The notes under the pieces: model-generated
What the model saw: the letters and a program-made list of their open reading frames with translations, nothing else
Databases searched by the model: none
What the model was told of the DNA's origin: nothing
Assembly (NCBI GenBank): GCA_965207805.1
Contig: OZ242312.1
Coordinates: forward strand, 684,748-748,747
DNA from: Gemmatimonadota bacterium
GTDB taxonomy: Bacteria > Gemmatimonadota > Gemmatimonadetes > Palauibacterales > Palauibacteraceae
Length of the DNA: 64,000 bases
Direction of reading: 5' to 3'
Position numbers and translations under genes: made by a program
In this document: positions 18,229 to 27,865 of the stretch, one piece after another
Layout: each line of letters begins with the position of its first letter
Position numbering within the stretch: position 1 is the first letter of the stretch

Positions 18229-20385
18229 CTATTCGGACGCGCCGAGTTGCTGAAGGAGGAAGGCGAGTTCCATCGCGGCGTTGCGCACGTTGCGGCTGAA
18301 AGAGCGGCCGCCGGCGTGGCCCGTGCGCGGGTCGTAGTCGAGGATCACCGGTAGCCCGGAACTCGAGGAGGCCTGCAGGCGCGCGGCCATCTTGCGGGCC
18401 TGCAGCGGGGGCACGCGGGTGTCGAGGTCTCCCTGTGTGAGCATGACCGCCGGGTAGGCCACGCCATCGCGCACGTTCTGGTACGGGGAGAAGGTGCGAA
18501 GCACCTCGAACTCCTCGGCCACCGCCGCGTTCCCGTATTCCAGGAGCGCCGGCATGTTGTTCGTGTCGGTGAACTGGTAGAAGCGGACCATGTCGAGGTC
18601 GGGCAGGCCGCAGTAGACGGCGCGGAAGAGGTCCGGCCGCTTCGTGAGGGAGGCGGCGACGAGGAGCCCGCCGTTGCTCCCGCCGCGGATCGCGAGCCGG
18701 TCGGGGTTCGTGTAGCCGTTCTCGACCAGCCACTCCGCCGCGGCGATGAAGTCGGCGAACACGTTCGGCTTGTTCTCGAGCATGCCGGCCCGGTGCCATT
18801 CCTCGCCGAACTCGCCGCCGCCCCTCAGCGTCGCCATCGCGTACACGCCGCCCTGTTCCAGCCACGCCGCGGCGCGGGCGTCGAAACGGGGCAGCAGGTT
18901 CACGTTGAAACCGCCGTACCCGTACAGGAGCGCGGGGCTTCGCCCGTCCAGCGCCAGTCCCCGGCGGTGGGCGACGTACATCGGGGCCCGCGTCCCGTCC
19001 TCCGAGGTATACCAGACCTGCTTCAGCTCGTACTCCGACCCGTCAAAGGGGACGGATGACGGCCGCCACTCCTCCGTCTCCATCGTCTCGAGGTCGAGCT
19101 TGAGGATGGTCGAGGGAGTGAGAAGCGAGGTCAGCGTGAGGAGGGCCTCGGTTCCGTCATCTCCGTGCGAGCGCAGCGTCGCCACATGGTGGTCCAGGAT
19201 CGGGATCTCGCCCTTCACGGCGCCATCTGGCCCGTAGCGCACGATCCGACTGCTCACGTCGCGCAGGTAGTCGGCGTACAGGTCGTCGCCGATGAACCGG
19301 TATCCGGTGAGGAGATCCTCCCCCTCCGGCAGCACCTCCCGCCACCGCGCCGGGTCCGGATCGGGGTCATCGAGATCCACCGCGAGGATGCGGTTCTTCG
19401 GCGCGTCCAGATTCGTGAGCAAATAGAGTTCGTCGTCGACGAAGCGGGTGCTGAAGCGGGCGGGCGCGCCGACGATGAGCGGTGCGGGTGCCGTCCCGGA
19501 ACGGAGGTCGTGCAGGTACACGTCCGTCCGTGCCCAGCCGTGCTGTACGGTGTAGACGTGCCACCGGCCGTCGCCCCCCTGCGAGAAACCCACGAAGCGC
19601 TCGGGACCGTGCCCCTCCCCGAACAGCTCCTCGTCCTCGTCGGGGCCGGTCCCCAGCCGGTGGTAGCGGATCCGTGCCCCCGTCTCCCGCGACCGGCGGC
19701 TGTAGTAGAAGCCGTCCCCCTCCGGATCGAAGGAGACGTTTCCGTACAGGTAGGTCGGCAGGCGGTCGGGCAGGTCCTCGCCGCTCTCCAGGTCGCGGAC
19801 GCGGTACTCGCGCTCGTCCCGTCCCCCGTCCCGGATGGCGTAGATCATGAGACGGCCGTCGGGCGAGAAGTCGATGATGCTCACGCTGGTCGTGGCGTCA
19901 TCGCGGAGATCGAGCGGGTCGATGACGACCTCGAACTCGCCTTCGGGGTCGACCGGGATCTCCTGCGGTTCTTCGGGCGCCGGCCGGCGGTAGATCGCTC
20001 CGACCTCCCGCCCCGGCTTCCGGAGCGAGAAGTACTCGTAATCTCCCGCCCGTCGCGGAAAGATCGCCCCGGGCGCGTCCATCAGCTCGCGCAGCCGTCC
20101 CTCCAGGTCCGCCCGCAGCGGCGTGTCGCCGACGATGCGTTCCGCGTAGGCGTTCTGTTCGGCGATCCAGGCGCGCGTCTCCGGGCTCTCCTGGTCCTCG
20201 AGCCACCGGTAGTCGTCGGTGAACTCGACGCCGTGCAGGGTGTCGACGACGGGAATCCGGGCCGTCTCGGGCGGGGGTGGCCAAGCCTCGCACGCCGCAA
20301 GGCAGACGGCGAGCGCGGCCAGCCGAAGCGGCGGCAGAGCACGGCCGGCGGGCCCGGCGCGGGCGCGGGGTGTCGAGTCCGCCAT
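18229..20385 (-). CDS. prolyl oligopeptidase (S9A family), secreted/lipoprotein
   Basis: Beta-propeller region plus an alpha/beta-hydrolase domain with the catalytic Ser motif GGSNGGLL. N-terminal signal LRLAALAVCLAAC. ATG at 20385. Confidence 0.85.
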   Translation of the reverse strand: MADSTPRARAGPAGRALPPLRLAALAVCLAACEAWPPPPETARIPVVDTLHGVEFTDDYRWLEDQESPETRAWIAEQNAYAERIVGDTPLRADLEGRLRELMDAPGAIFPRRAGDYEYFSLRKPGREVGAIYRRPAPEEPQEIPVDPEGEFEVVIDPLDLRDDATTSVSIIDFSPDGRLMIYAIRDGGRDEREYRVRDLESGEDLPDRLPTYLYGNVSFDPEGDGFYYSRRSRETGARIRYHRLGTGPDEDEELFGEGHGPERFVGFSQGGDGRWHVYTVQHGWARTDVYLHDLRSGTAPAPLIVGAPARFSTRFVDDELYLLTNLDAPKNRILAVDLDDPDPDPARWREVLPEGEDLLTGYRFIGDDLYADYLRDVSSRIVRYGPDGAVKGEIPILDHHVATLRSHGDDGTEALLTLTSLLTPSTILKLDLETMETEEWRPSSVPFDGSEYELKQVWYTSEDGTRAPMYVAHRRGLALDGRSPALLYGYGGFNVNLLPRFDARAAAWLEQGGVYAMATLRGGGEFGEEWHRAGMLENKPNVFADFIAAAEWLVENGYTNPDRLAIRGGSNGGLLVAASLTKRPDLFRAVYCGLPDLDMVRFYQFTDTNNMPALLEYGNAAVAEEFEVLRTFSPYQNVRDGVAYPAVMLTQGDLDTRVPPLQARKMAARLQASSSSGLPVILDYDPRTGHAGGRSFSRNVRNAAMELAFLLQQLGASE

Positions 20386-20404
20386 GGCGCCTCCTGTCAG
20401 GCGG

Positions 20405-21280
20405 TCAGGGGGTGACGGTGACCCGGACGTAGGCGTTGCTCCAGCAGCACTGGTCTCCACCGCTGCTGTCGTTCGCGTCCCAGTTGTCGACGCGCGCGCG
20501 CAGGATGTATTCGCCCGGCTCACTGAACGTCGCCGCGGTCGTCGTCTCGCCGGTCCCGCCCTCGACGGTGATCTGCCACGGTTCGAACTCCACCGGCGCG
20601 GCGGGCCCCTGGTGCTTGAACCAGGTCACCTCCACGTCGACCACCTGGTTCACGAGATCCTCGGGGTCGCGGACCGAGACCTCCTCGGTCCACAGCCGCA
20701 ACGTCAGCGGCTCGCCCACCTGAGCCGTGCGCGGCTCGCCCCACACGCCCTGGACGTGCTGGCCCGCCGGCCCTTCCGGGTCGAATCGCACCAGCGGCGG
20801 CAGCGACCCCATGGCACGCGGTCCGTAGTCAAGTTGCAGCGCGGGGGCAAAAACGCGGGCCGGCACGGGATACGTCACCCCGTTCGAGGTGATGGTCCAC
20901 ACGACGCGCTGCTCGCCATCACCGTACGATGCGGGCACCGTGACCGAGAACACGCCCCGGTCCCGTCGCGGCCGCACCGGAAAGTGCGTCGGCTGTGCCC
21001 CGTCGAACTCGGCCGGCTCGATGAAGTTATCCGGACCGAACGGGATTTCGATGACTTCCTCGGTGTTCAGATTGAAGTAGCCGAACGAGAAGGTGAAGGT
21101 GCCGTCGTCATTCCGGTACCAGCCCTCGAAGAAGGGCGCCACGGGCTCGCCCTTCGGCGGGATAGGCGCGAGCGGAAGGCGCTGCACCTGCTGGGCATGA
21201 ACGGGCGCCGGCCCCCCGATCAGGGCGACCGGCGCCACCTGGGCTGCGACCAGGGCGGCCGCGATATGTACGCTGCGCAT
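20405..21280 (-). CDS. secreted hypothetical protein
   Basis: Signal peptide MRSVHIAAALVAAQVAPVALIGG. No motifs recognised. Lies 8 nt downstream of the cytochrome c fusion gene and 20 nt upstream of the prolyl oligopeptidase, consistent with an operon. Confidence 0.5.
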   Translation of the reverse strand: MRSVHIAAALVAAQVAPVALIGGPAPVHAQQVQRLPLAPIPPKGEPVAPFFEGWYRNDDGTFTFSFGYFNLNTEEVIEIPFGPDNFIEPAEFDGAQPTHFPVRPRRDRGVFSVTVPASYGDGEQRVVWTITSNGVTYPVPARVFAPALQLDYGPRAMGSLPPLVRFDPEGPAGQHVQGVWGEPRTAQVGEPLTLRLWTEEVSVRDPEDLVNQVVDVEVTWFKHQGPAAPVEFEPWQITVEGGTGETTTAATFSEPGEYILRARVDNWDANDSSGGDQCCWSNAYVRVTVTP

Positions 21281-21288
21281 GCCTTGGC

Positions 21289-22674
21289 TCAGTTGTCGTC
21301 GTTGCTGTCGTCGTTATCGTCGTCGGTCGCGAGTTTCGCCTCCCGCTCCTCGACGAGCCGCTGGTAGCCTTCCTCCGTGAGGTGCGTCACGGCGAGCCAC
21401 GCGTGCGACATCTCATCCCCCGTGCGCGCGCCGCGCGCGTACCAGATCTCCGGATCGGGGGTCAGTTCGTTCTCCGCCGTGTTGTCGTACCACCCGGTCA
21501 TGACGAGCACCGTCCCGGGCGGGAGCAGCGGCGCCACGTCATCCTCGTAGATGTAGCTGTGGTGCCAGCGGGCGTCGAAGTCCGTGACCATGCTGATGAG
21601 TTCGAGCCTGCCGTCGGGGTAGAGCGCCTGGATCGACATCGCGTGCAGATGCACGTGTCCGTGCGGCTGGAAGCTGTCGAGTCTCACCGGGTGGTCCCAG
21701 CGATAGAACCCCTGCGTCATCGCGGTCCCTCCCGGCGCCAGCGCGATGTCCCCCCTGAGGGGATAGAGGCGCAGATCCTGCTGGAACTCGGGCTTGTAGC
21801 CCTCCTCGTGGAACCAGATCCCGAGCTCGACCTGGTCGCCGGGCACGTCGTATCCCATGGGATAGTAGTGCGCGTCCCACTCGATCATGTCATTCACCTT
21901 CAGGAGCCGACCCGCGTCCGTCGGCACGATCTCGCCGACCTTGCCCATCGCGTACTCCGACAGGCTCTGGATGCGCTGGTACTCCCCTTCCTCGTTGAGC
22001 CTGAGCAGGCGCGGGATCGCGTGATGCACGACCTGACGCCCGGCGGGGAAGGAGGGGCGCGTTTCGAACGCCATCACCCAGCGGTCCTCCTCGAGTCCCG
22101 TCGGCACCCGCGGCCGCCACCAGGTGTCTCCGCCCTCGGCCGGGACGTCAAAGGGCTTCGACTTGATCACGTGATCGGGCGGGCCGAGGATGTCCTCAAG
22201 CTGCCACTTTTGCTCGTTCGGCCACTCGATGGGGGGCGGCAGGTCGGCCGGATCCCCTTCGGGCGCCCCGGCGTCGGCCCAGGCGACGACCGTCTCGATG
22301 TCCTCCTCGCTCAGCCGCCAGTCATCCTTGATGTCCTGGATGCCGACGCCCGTGTCGAGGTGGAACGGGGGCATGAGCCGCTTCGAGACCAGCTCCTTCA
22401 TGCGAGACGCCCAGCGGCGCGTGTCCCTGTAGTCGAGGAGCGGCATCGGACCCACCGATCCCGGCCGGTGGCAGTTCTGGCAGTTCGCCTGGAGGATGGG
22501 AGCGACGTCTTTCGAGAACGTGACATCCGCCTCGGAACCTCCGGCGCCGTTCGCGGCCGGGCCCTGTCCGGCGAGATCCCGGAACGTGAGACCCAGGGCC
22601 AGGGGCATGATGAAGACGGCGAGGGCCGTTGCATGCGACCAGGCATGGCTCGAGTGACGATGCGATCCACGCAT
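21289..22674 (-). CDS. secreted fusion protein: mono-haem cytochrome c domain + copper type II (PHM/DBH-like) monooxygenase-like domain + acidic tail
   Basis: CQNCHRPGSVGPMP haem-binding CXXCH. Downstream His clusters are spaced like PHM CuH/CuM sites (VVHHAIP ... HGHVHLHAMS). C-terminal DDDNDDSNDDN. The monooxygenase assignment is motif-based inference. Confidence 0.5.
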   Translation of the reverse strand: MRGSHRHSSHAWSHATALAVFIMPLALGLTFRDLAGQGPAANGAGGSEADVTFSKDVAPILQANCQNCHRPGSVGPMPLLDYRDTRRWASRMKELVSKRLMPPFHLDTGVGIQDIKDDWRLSEEDIETVVAWADAGAPEGDPADLPPPIEWPNEQKWQLEDILGPPDHVIKSKPFDVPAEGGDTWWRPRVPTGLEEDRWVMAFETRPSFPAGRQVVHHAIPRLLRLNEEGEYQRIQSLSEYAMGKVGEIVPTDAGRLLKVNDMIEWDAHYYPMGYDVPGDQVELGIWFHEEGYKPEFQQDLRLYPLRGDIALAPGGTAMTQGFYRWDHPVRLDSFQPHGHVHLHAMSIQALYPDGRLELISMVTDFDARWHHSYIYEDDVAPLLPPGTVLVMTGWYDNTAENELTPDPEIWYARGARTGDEMSHAWLAVTHLTEEGYQRLVEEREAKLATDDDNDDSNDDN

Positions 22675-22873
22675 GAGTCCTCCTCCTCCTGATGGAACTA
22701 CTCCGCTGCCGCTGCCGGCGACTCCTTATTTAATCCACGGATACAGTGCGAAGAAACGTCGCCTGCGTGCAAGGAGACGTTGCGTACCGCGAAACGCGCA
22801 TCCACGATGGAGTGTTATCCTTGCCGGACACCGAACGGCGAACTGCGGAAGAGAGAACAGTGAGAGCGGACGG

Positions 22874-24940
22874 ATGATGAAGAACCACTGGAGCTGGCGA
22901 CCGAGCAGCGCCCTTCTTCTCCCCCTTCTCTTCGGAGCCATCGCGAGCGCCCCCGCCGCGGCGCAGGGCCCGGGCGTGGAGGGAGCCGCGTGGACCTACC
23001 TCGGGGGCGACGCCTGGCACACCCGCTACACACCGGCGACGCAGATCGATGCGTCCAATTTCGAGAGCCTCGAGGTCGCGTGGCGCTGGGACGCTTCGAG
23101 CTTCGGGCCGAGCACGGCGCGGGCCACGCCGTCCTACGTCGACGGGAAGATGATTACGGTCACGGGCGAGAACCGGCACGTCATCGCCCTCGACCCCTCC
23201 ACGGGAAGACTCCTGTGGAGCTTCGCCGAACCCATGACGTGGCGGCACGAGTACTCGATGCGAAAGGCGTACGGCAAAGGCGTCGCCTATGCCGAGGTCG
23301 ACGGACGCGGCGTCGTCTACATCCTCAGTCCCGGGTTCTTCCTCTACGCCCTCGACGCCGACACGGGACAGCCGCTCGAGAACTGGGGCGAGGCGGTGCC
23401 GCTGCCGGGATTCCCGTCCTCGGGGACGGTGGACCTGGTGGCCGACCTCATCGAGGGCTGGGGGCCGTGGGAGAACCTGAACCAGGAATACGACCCGGAT
23501 CAGGGAATGCCGCTCGAGATCGGCTACATCACGTCGTCTTCCCCTCCCATCGTCGTGAACGACGTGGTCGTCGTCGGCAACTCCGCGGAGCAGGGCTACA
23601 ACCAGACCCGGAAGGAGATGGTCCCAGGTGATATCCTGGCCTACGATGCCCGCACCGGCGAGTTCAAGTGGAAGTTCCACATCATCCCGCGGCCGGGCGA
23701 GTTCGGGCACGAGACGTGGGAGAACGACGCCTGGCAGTGGACGGGTGACGTGTCCCCCTGGGCGCCGCTCTCGGCGGACCCCGAACTCGGACTCGTCTAT
23801 CTCGTCACGAACGGCGCCACGATCGACTATTACGGCGGCTTCCACCCCGGCGACAACCTGTTCGGCACGAGCATCGTCGCGCTCGACGTGGAGACGGGAG
23901 AGCGCCGCTGGCATTTCCAGTTCGTGCACCACGACATCTGGAACTACGATACGCCGACCGCGCCCCTCCTCATGGACGTGGTCGTGGACGGCCGGCCGAT
24001 CAAGGGCGTCTTCCAGGCGACGAAGCAGTCGTGGCTGTACGCGCTCGACCGCGAGACGGGCGAGCCGATCTGGCCCATCGAGGAGCGGCCGGTTCCGCAG
24101 TCGAAGGTGCCGGGCGAGAAGCTCGCCGAAACCCAGCCGCACCCGACGTGGCCCCTGCCCTACGACCTGCAGGGCCGCACCGAGCAGGACCTCATCGACT
24201 ACACGCCCGAACTGCGCGAGATGGCACTCGAGTACGCACGGGAGAACGACCTCTTCGTGCCGCTCTTCAACCCGCCCACGCACGTCGGGAACCCCGATGG
24301 CGAGGGGGCGGCGCTCATCTGCCCCGGCGGTGGCGGGGGCGCGAACATCACCGGGCCGCCCGCCGCGGACCCCGTGAACGGGATCGTCTTCGTCACGTCG
24401 ACCAGCGGGTGCTCGCCGGTCATGGTGGCGCCGGGGATCGAATCCGACCTCGACGGCCCGGACCAGACGGGCGTCACCCACTCCGAATTCTCTCGCGCGA
24501 TCGGCGTCGTGACGGAGAGCACGGCGGACCAGGCGACGGTCGAGGGGCTGAGGATCTGGAAGGGCCCGGTGGGGCGGATCACGGCGATCGACGTGAACAC
24601 GGGCGAACACCTGTGGATGATCCCGCACGGGGACGCGCCCGAGCGGCAGCAGGCGGTGATCCGCGACCATCCGATGCTGCAGGGAGCGGACGTGAATCCG
24701 AACCAGGGCCGACGCGGCCATTCCGCCATGGTTGCAACTCCGACGCTCCTTCTTGCGTCTGGACAGACGAGCGATGGGACGCCGCACCTGTTCGCGATCG
24801 ACAAGCGGACCGGCGAGCGCGTGGGGCAGGTGGAGTTGCCGGGCAACACGCGCTACGGAATGTCGAGCTGGGTCCACGAGGGCAAGCAGTATGTGATCAT
24901 CCAGCTGACCGACGGACTTGCGGCGCTGGCCCTGCCCTGA
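22874..24940 (+). CDS. PQQ-dependent dehydrogenase (quinoprotein alcohol/sugar dehydrogenase family), secreted
   Basis: Signal peptide MMKNHWSWRPSSALLLPLLFGAIASAPAAA. Repeated W-containing propeller motifs and a DxW...W pattern typical of 8-bladed PQQ propellers; ~688 aa. Confidence 0.7.
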   Translation: MMKNHWSWRPSSALLLPLLFGAIASAPAAAQGPGVEGAAWTYLGGDAWHTRYTPATQIDASNFESLEVAWRWDASSFGPSTARATPSYVDGKMITVTGENRHVIALDPSTGRLLWSFAEPMTWRHEYSMRKAYGKGVAYAEVDGRGVVYILSPGFFLYALDADTGQPLENWGEAVPLPGFPSSGTVDLVADLIEGWGPWENLNQEYDPDQGMPLEIGYITSSSPPIVVNDVVVVGNSAEQGYNQTRKEMVPGDILAYDARTGEFKWKFHIIPRPGEFGHETWENDAWQWTGDVSPWAPLSADPELGLVYLVTNGATIDYYGGFHPGDNLFGTSIVALDVETGERRWHFQFVHHDIWNYDTPTAPLLMDVVVDGRPIKGVFQATKQSWLYALDRETGEPIWPIEERPVPQSKVPGEKLAETQPHPTWPLPYDLQGRTEQDLIDYTPELREMALEYARENDLFVPLFNPPTHVGNPDGEGAALICPGGGGGANITGPPAADPVNGIVFVTSTSGCSPVMVAPGIESDLDGPDQTGVTHSEFSRAIGVVTESTADQATVEGLRIWKGPVGRITAIDVNTGEHLWMIPHGDAPERQQAVIRDHPMLQGADVNPNQGRRGHSAMVATPTLLLASGQTSDGTPHLFAIDKRTGERVGQVELPGNTRYGMSSWVHEGKQYVIIQLTDGLAALALP

Positions 24941-24997
24941 CGGCCACTGGGGCCGGACGGGCTGAACCCTTCTCAAGAGCCTGAGGAAAAAAGAAAA

Positions 24998-25669
24998 ATG
25001 CTGCGTGAACATCTGATTTCGGGACGCGCGGGCGTCTGCGTCGCCGTGGCGTTGTCCGTACTCGTCGCCGGGGCATGCATCGAGAGCGAGGACACGATGG
25101 AGCCCACGCCGGCGAACGAAGCGCCGGTCGCGGTCGGCGTCGTGCCGCCGGTGACCGTGGCGGCCGGCAACCATGTGATCGTGGACGTGTCCGGTTTCTT
25201 TCAGGATCCGGACGGCGACCCGCTCCTGTACGGCGCGGGAACATCTGACGCGCTCGTGGCCGGCGTCTCCGTCTCGGGCAGCATGATGACCGTGGTCGGA
25301 GTCGGGACCGGACGGGCGGCCGGGTTGCTCTTCGCTCGCGATCAGGCCGGAGGGGAAGCCGTGCAGAACTTCCTGATCACGGTGCCGAACCAGCCGCCGG
25401 TCGCGGCACAATCGCTCCCGGCGCTGAGCCTGACCACGGGGCAGGTACGCCAACTGAACCTGTCGCAGTACTTCAGCGATCCTGAGGGCGACGACCTGAC
25501 GTACAGCGTCACGACCGCGAACACGCTTGTTGCGGTGGGGGCCGTGTCAGGCAGCACCCTCACGGTGGTCGGCGTGACGGTGGGGAGTACGACGATCACC
25601 GTCACGGCTCGGGACTCGGACGGCGGCGAGGTCCAGCAACAGACGCCGGTCGTCGTGAGAAGCCGCTAG
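24998..25669 (+). CDS. lipoprotein with two tandem Ig-like/cadherin-like repeats
   Basis: Lipobox LVAGAC. Internal duplication (FFQDPDGDPLLYGAGTSDALVAGVSVSGSMMTVVGVGTG vs YFSDPEGDDLTYSVTTANTLVAVGAVSGSTLTVVGVTVG). Confidence 0.5.
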   Translation: MLREHLISGRAGVCVAVALSVLVAGACIESEDTMEPTPANEAPVAVGVVPPVTVAAGNHVIVDVSGFFQDPDGDPLLYGAGTSDALVAGVSVSGSMMTVVGVGTGRAAGLLFARDQAGGEAVQNFLITVPNQPPVAAQSLPALSLTTGQVRQLNLSQYFSDPEGDDLTYSVTTANTLVAVGAVSGSTLTVVGVTVGSTTITVTARDSDGGEVQQQTPVVVRSR

Positions 25670-25775
25670 CGAGATGTGACCCGTCCGGGGATTGCTTCGT
25701 GTTAGGGGTGGCACACGAAAAACCCGGTTGGCGCGAGCGAATGAAGTTCTGCTCAGGCGCCTTGAAGGAGGCAAC

Positions 25776-26522
25776 GTGAAGTACCGATTCAGACAGTCCT
25801 CGGTGGCGGCCGTCCTCGCCGTCATCGGGGGAGCCTGGGCGGCCCAATCCCTCGCGGCGCAGGACTTTCTCTTCGGGCGTCCAACCACCACGCTCGGCGT
25901 CCGAATCGGGTACGCGATACCCCGCGCGGACAGTGAGATCTTCGATTTAACGCGCAGGGAACTGACGGTCGAGAAGGAGGACTTCAACGCGGTGGCGCTC
26001 GCCGCCGACCTCGGCATCCGGCTCTCCGACCGCATCGATCTCGCGCTGGGCATCGGGTACGAGAACAGTGAGATCGACTCCGAGTCGCGCGAATTCATCG
26101 GCACGGACGACCTGCCGATCCTGCAGACGACGGGTTTTCGCCGCGTCCCGTTCACGGTCGGCCTGAAGGCCTACCTCACGGAGCGGGGACGGCGGATCAG
26201 CGATCTCGCCTGGATTCCGGGCAAGTTCGCTCCCTTCGTTGGAGGCGGCGTCGGCTTCATGTGGTACGAATTCGAGCAGGAAGGCGAGTTCGTCGACTAC
26301 GAAACGCTGGACATCTTCTACGACTACTTCTCGTCCAGAGCCGGATCCTCGCTCGCCTACGTGACGGCCGGATTCGACTACTCGCTCGGGCTGCGGTGGA
26401 TTCTGACCGCCGAAGCGCGTTATTCTTGGGCCAGCGCGGATATGGGTGGGCACTTCATCGGGTTCGACAGGATCGACCTGAACGGACTCCGTGCCGCGTT
26501 CGGCTTCTCGGTACGGCTGTAA
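25776..26522 (+). CDS. putative outer-membrane beta-barrel protein
   Basis: GTG start after AAGGAGG. Signal peptide. Alternating hydrophobic/aromatic beta-strand pattern. Ends ...AAFGFSVRL. Confidence 0.45.
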   Translation: MKYRFRQSSVAAVLAVIGGAWAAQSLAAQDFLFGRPTTTLGVRIGYAIPRADSEIFDLTRRELTVEKEDFNAVALAADLGIRLSDRIDLALGIGYENSEIDSESREFIGTDDLPILQTTGFRRVPFTVGLKAYLTERGRRISDLAWIPGKFAPFVGGGVGFMWYEFEQEGEFVDYETLDIFYDYFSSRAGSSLAYVTAGFDYSLGLRWILTAEARYSWASADMGGHFIGFDRIDLNGLRAAFGFSVRL

Positions 26523-26540
26523 ACCTCGAGGTATGGTCAC

Positions 26541-27722
26541 ATGACGAAACAGCGAACTGCTGGAATCGGCTCCGCACTTTTCGTGGCGGCCGGCATGATG
26601 CTCGCGGCCGGACCGCTGGCGACCGCGGCGGCGCAGGAGATGGACGAACGTTGGCTCGCCTGGATGGGTTGCTGGCAGCCCGTTCGAACCTCGACGAGCG
26701 CGGACGCGCCCGAATCGCTGCTCTGCTTCCAACCGAGCGCGGAAGAAGCCGGCGTCGAGATGATCGCGGTCGAAGACGGCGAGATCGCGTCCCGGGAAGT
26801 CGTGCGGGCGGACGGACAGCCCCGCGAGGCGACCCTGGAGGGATGTAGCGGATCGCGCCGCGCGGTCTTCGCCTCGCGCCCGGGCCGGGTGTTCATGGAT
26901 ATGGACCAGGTCTGCGAGGGCGGCGTCGACCGATCGTCGAGCGGGATGTTCGCGATGATCTCGTCCGACTCCTGGATCGACGCACGGGTCGTCACCGTTG
27001 GCGGCGAGAAGATGACGTGGGTGACGCGATACCGGCTGGCCACGCAGAGCCAGGCCGAGGCCGTCGGCCTGGGTGAGATCGCGGCCGACCGGAGCATGGC
27101 CGTGCGCTCGTTGCGACTCGCGGCATCCGGACGGTATTCGGTCGACGACATCATCGAGGCGCAGTCTCACGTGGATCCCGAGGCCGTGGAGGCCTGGATC
27201 GTCGAACACGAGACGCCTCTCGCGGTCGACGCCGACCGGCTCGTCCAACTCGCCGACGCCGGCGTGTCGGAAGGGGTCATCGACATGATGATCGCGCGGA
27301 GCTATCCGGAGCGCTTCGCGGTGTCCACGGGCGGCGACGGCGGCGAACGGCCCGGGCTCGGCTACGGCGGCTACTACGATCCGTTCTATGGGGGCTACGG
27401 TTGGGGTTATCCATACTACAGCCGTTTCGGCTACCGTTACGGTTACGGCTACTCGCCCTTCGGCTTCGGATACGGCTATCCCTACGGGTACGGCTACGGC
27501 TACGGCTATGGTTACGGGCCGACGATCATCCGCACACAGCCCGCGAACAGCGGCGGCCGGGTGATCAGCGGACGCGGCTACAGCAGCGGAACCTCCAGAA
27601 TCGGAACGCGTCCGACCGGGTCTTCGCGGGGGACGGCGTCGATCGGTACCTCGGGAGGCCGGTCGAGCGGGGGGAGCTCGACGGGACGGACGGCGCGGCG
27701 GCGCGGCGGCGGAGGTCTCTGA
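26541..27722 (+). CDS. secreted protein with a Cys-containing N-terminal domain and a C-terminal Gly/Tyr-rich low-complexity region followed by a Ser/Gly/Arg/Thr-rich tail
   Basis: Signal peptide MTKQRTAGIGSALFVAAGMMLAAGPLATAAA. C-terminal GYGGYYDPFYGGYGWGYPYYSRFGYRYGYGYSPFGFGYGYPYGYGYGYGYGYGP encoded by GGCTAC hexamer-like repeats. Confidence 0.5.
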   Translation: MTKQRTAGIGSALFVAAGMMLAAGPLATAAAQEMDERWLAWMGCWQPVRTSTSADAPESLLCFQPSAEEAGVEMIAVEDGEIASREVVRADGQPREATLEGCSGSRRAVFASRPGRVFMDMDQVCEGGVDRSSSGMFAMISSDSWIDARVVTVGGEKMTWVTRYRLATQSQAEAVGLGEIAADRSMAVRSLRLAASGRYSVDDIIEAQSHVDPEAVEAWIVEHETPLAVDADRLVQLADAGVSEGVIDMMIARSYPERFAVSTGGDGGERPGLGYGGYYDPFYGGYGWGYPYYSRFGYRYGYGYSPFGFGYGYPYGYGYGYGYGYGPTIIRTQPANSGGRVISGRGYSSGTSRIGTRPTGSSRGTASIGTSGGRSSGGSSTGRTARRRGGGGL

Positions 27723-27754
27723 GTCCCACCGTCCGACCCAGTTGACAGCTCCTC

Positions 27755-27782
27755 GAAGGGGCCCGGGCTTCCGGGCCCCTTC
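27755..27782 (+). terminator. strong GC hairpin GAAGGGGCCCGG-GCTT-CCGGGCCCCTTC downstream of the Gly/Tyr-rich protein gene
   Basis: Perfect 12-bp stem with a 4-nt loop seen directly. No clear U-tract follows. Confidence 0.4.
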
Positions 27783-27865
27783 GCGTTCCATGTCTCGCGC
27801 CCGAAGCTCGGGAAACGCAGATTGAACGCGATGCCGATTCCGATGCCGGCACCCGAGGAGGAACG

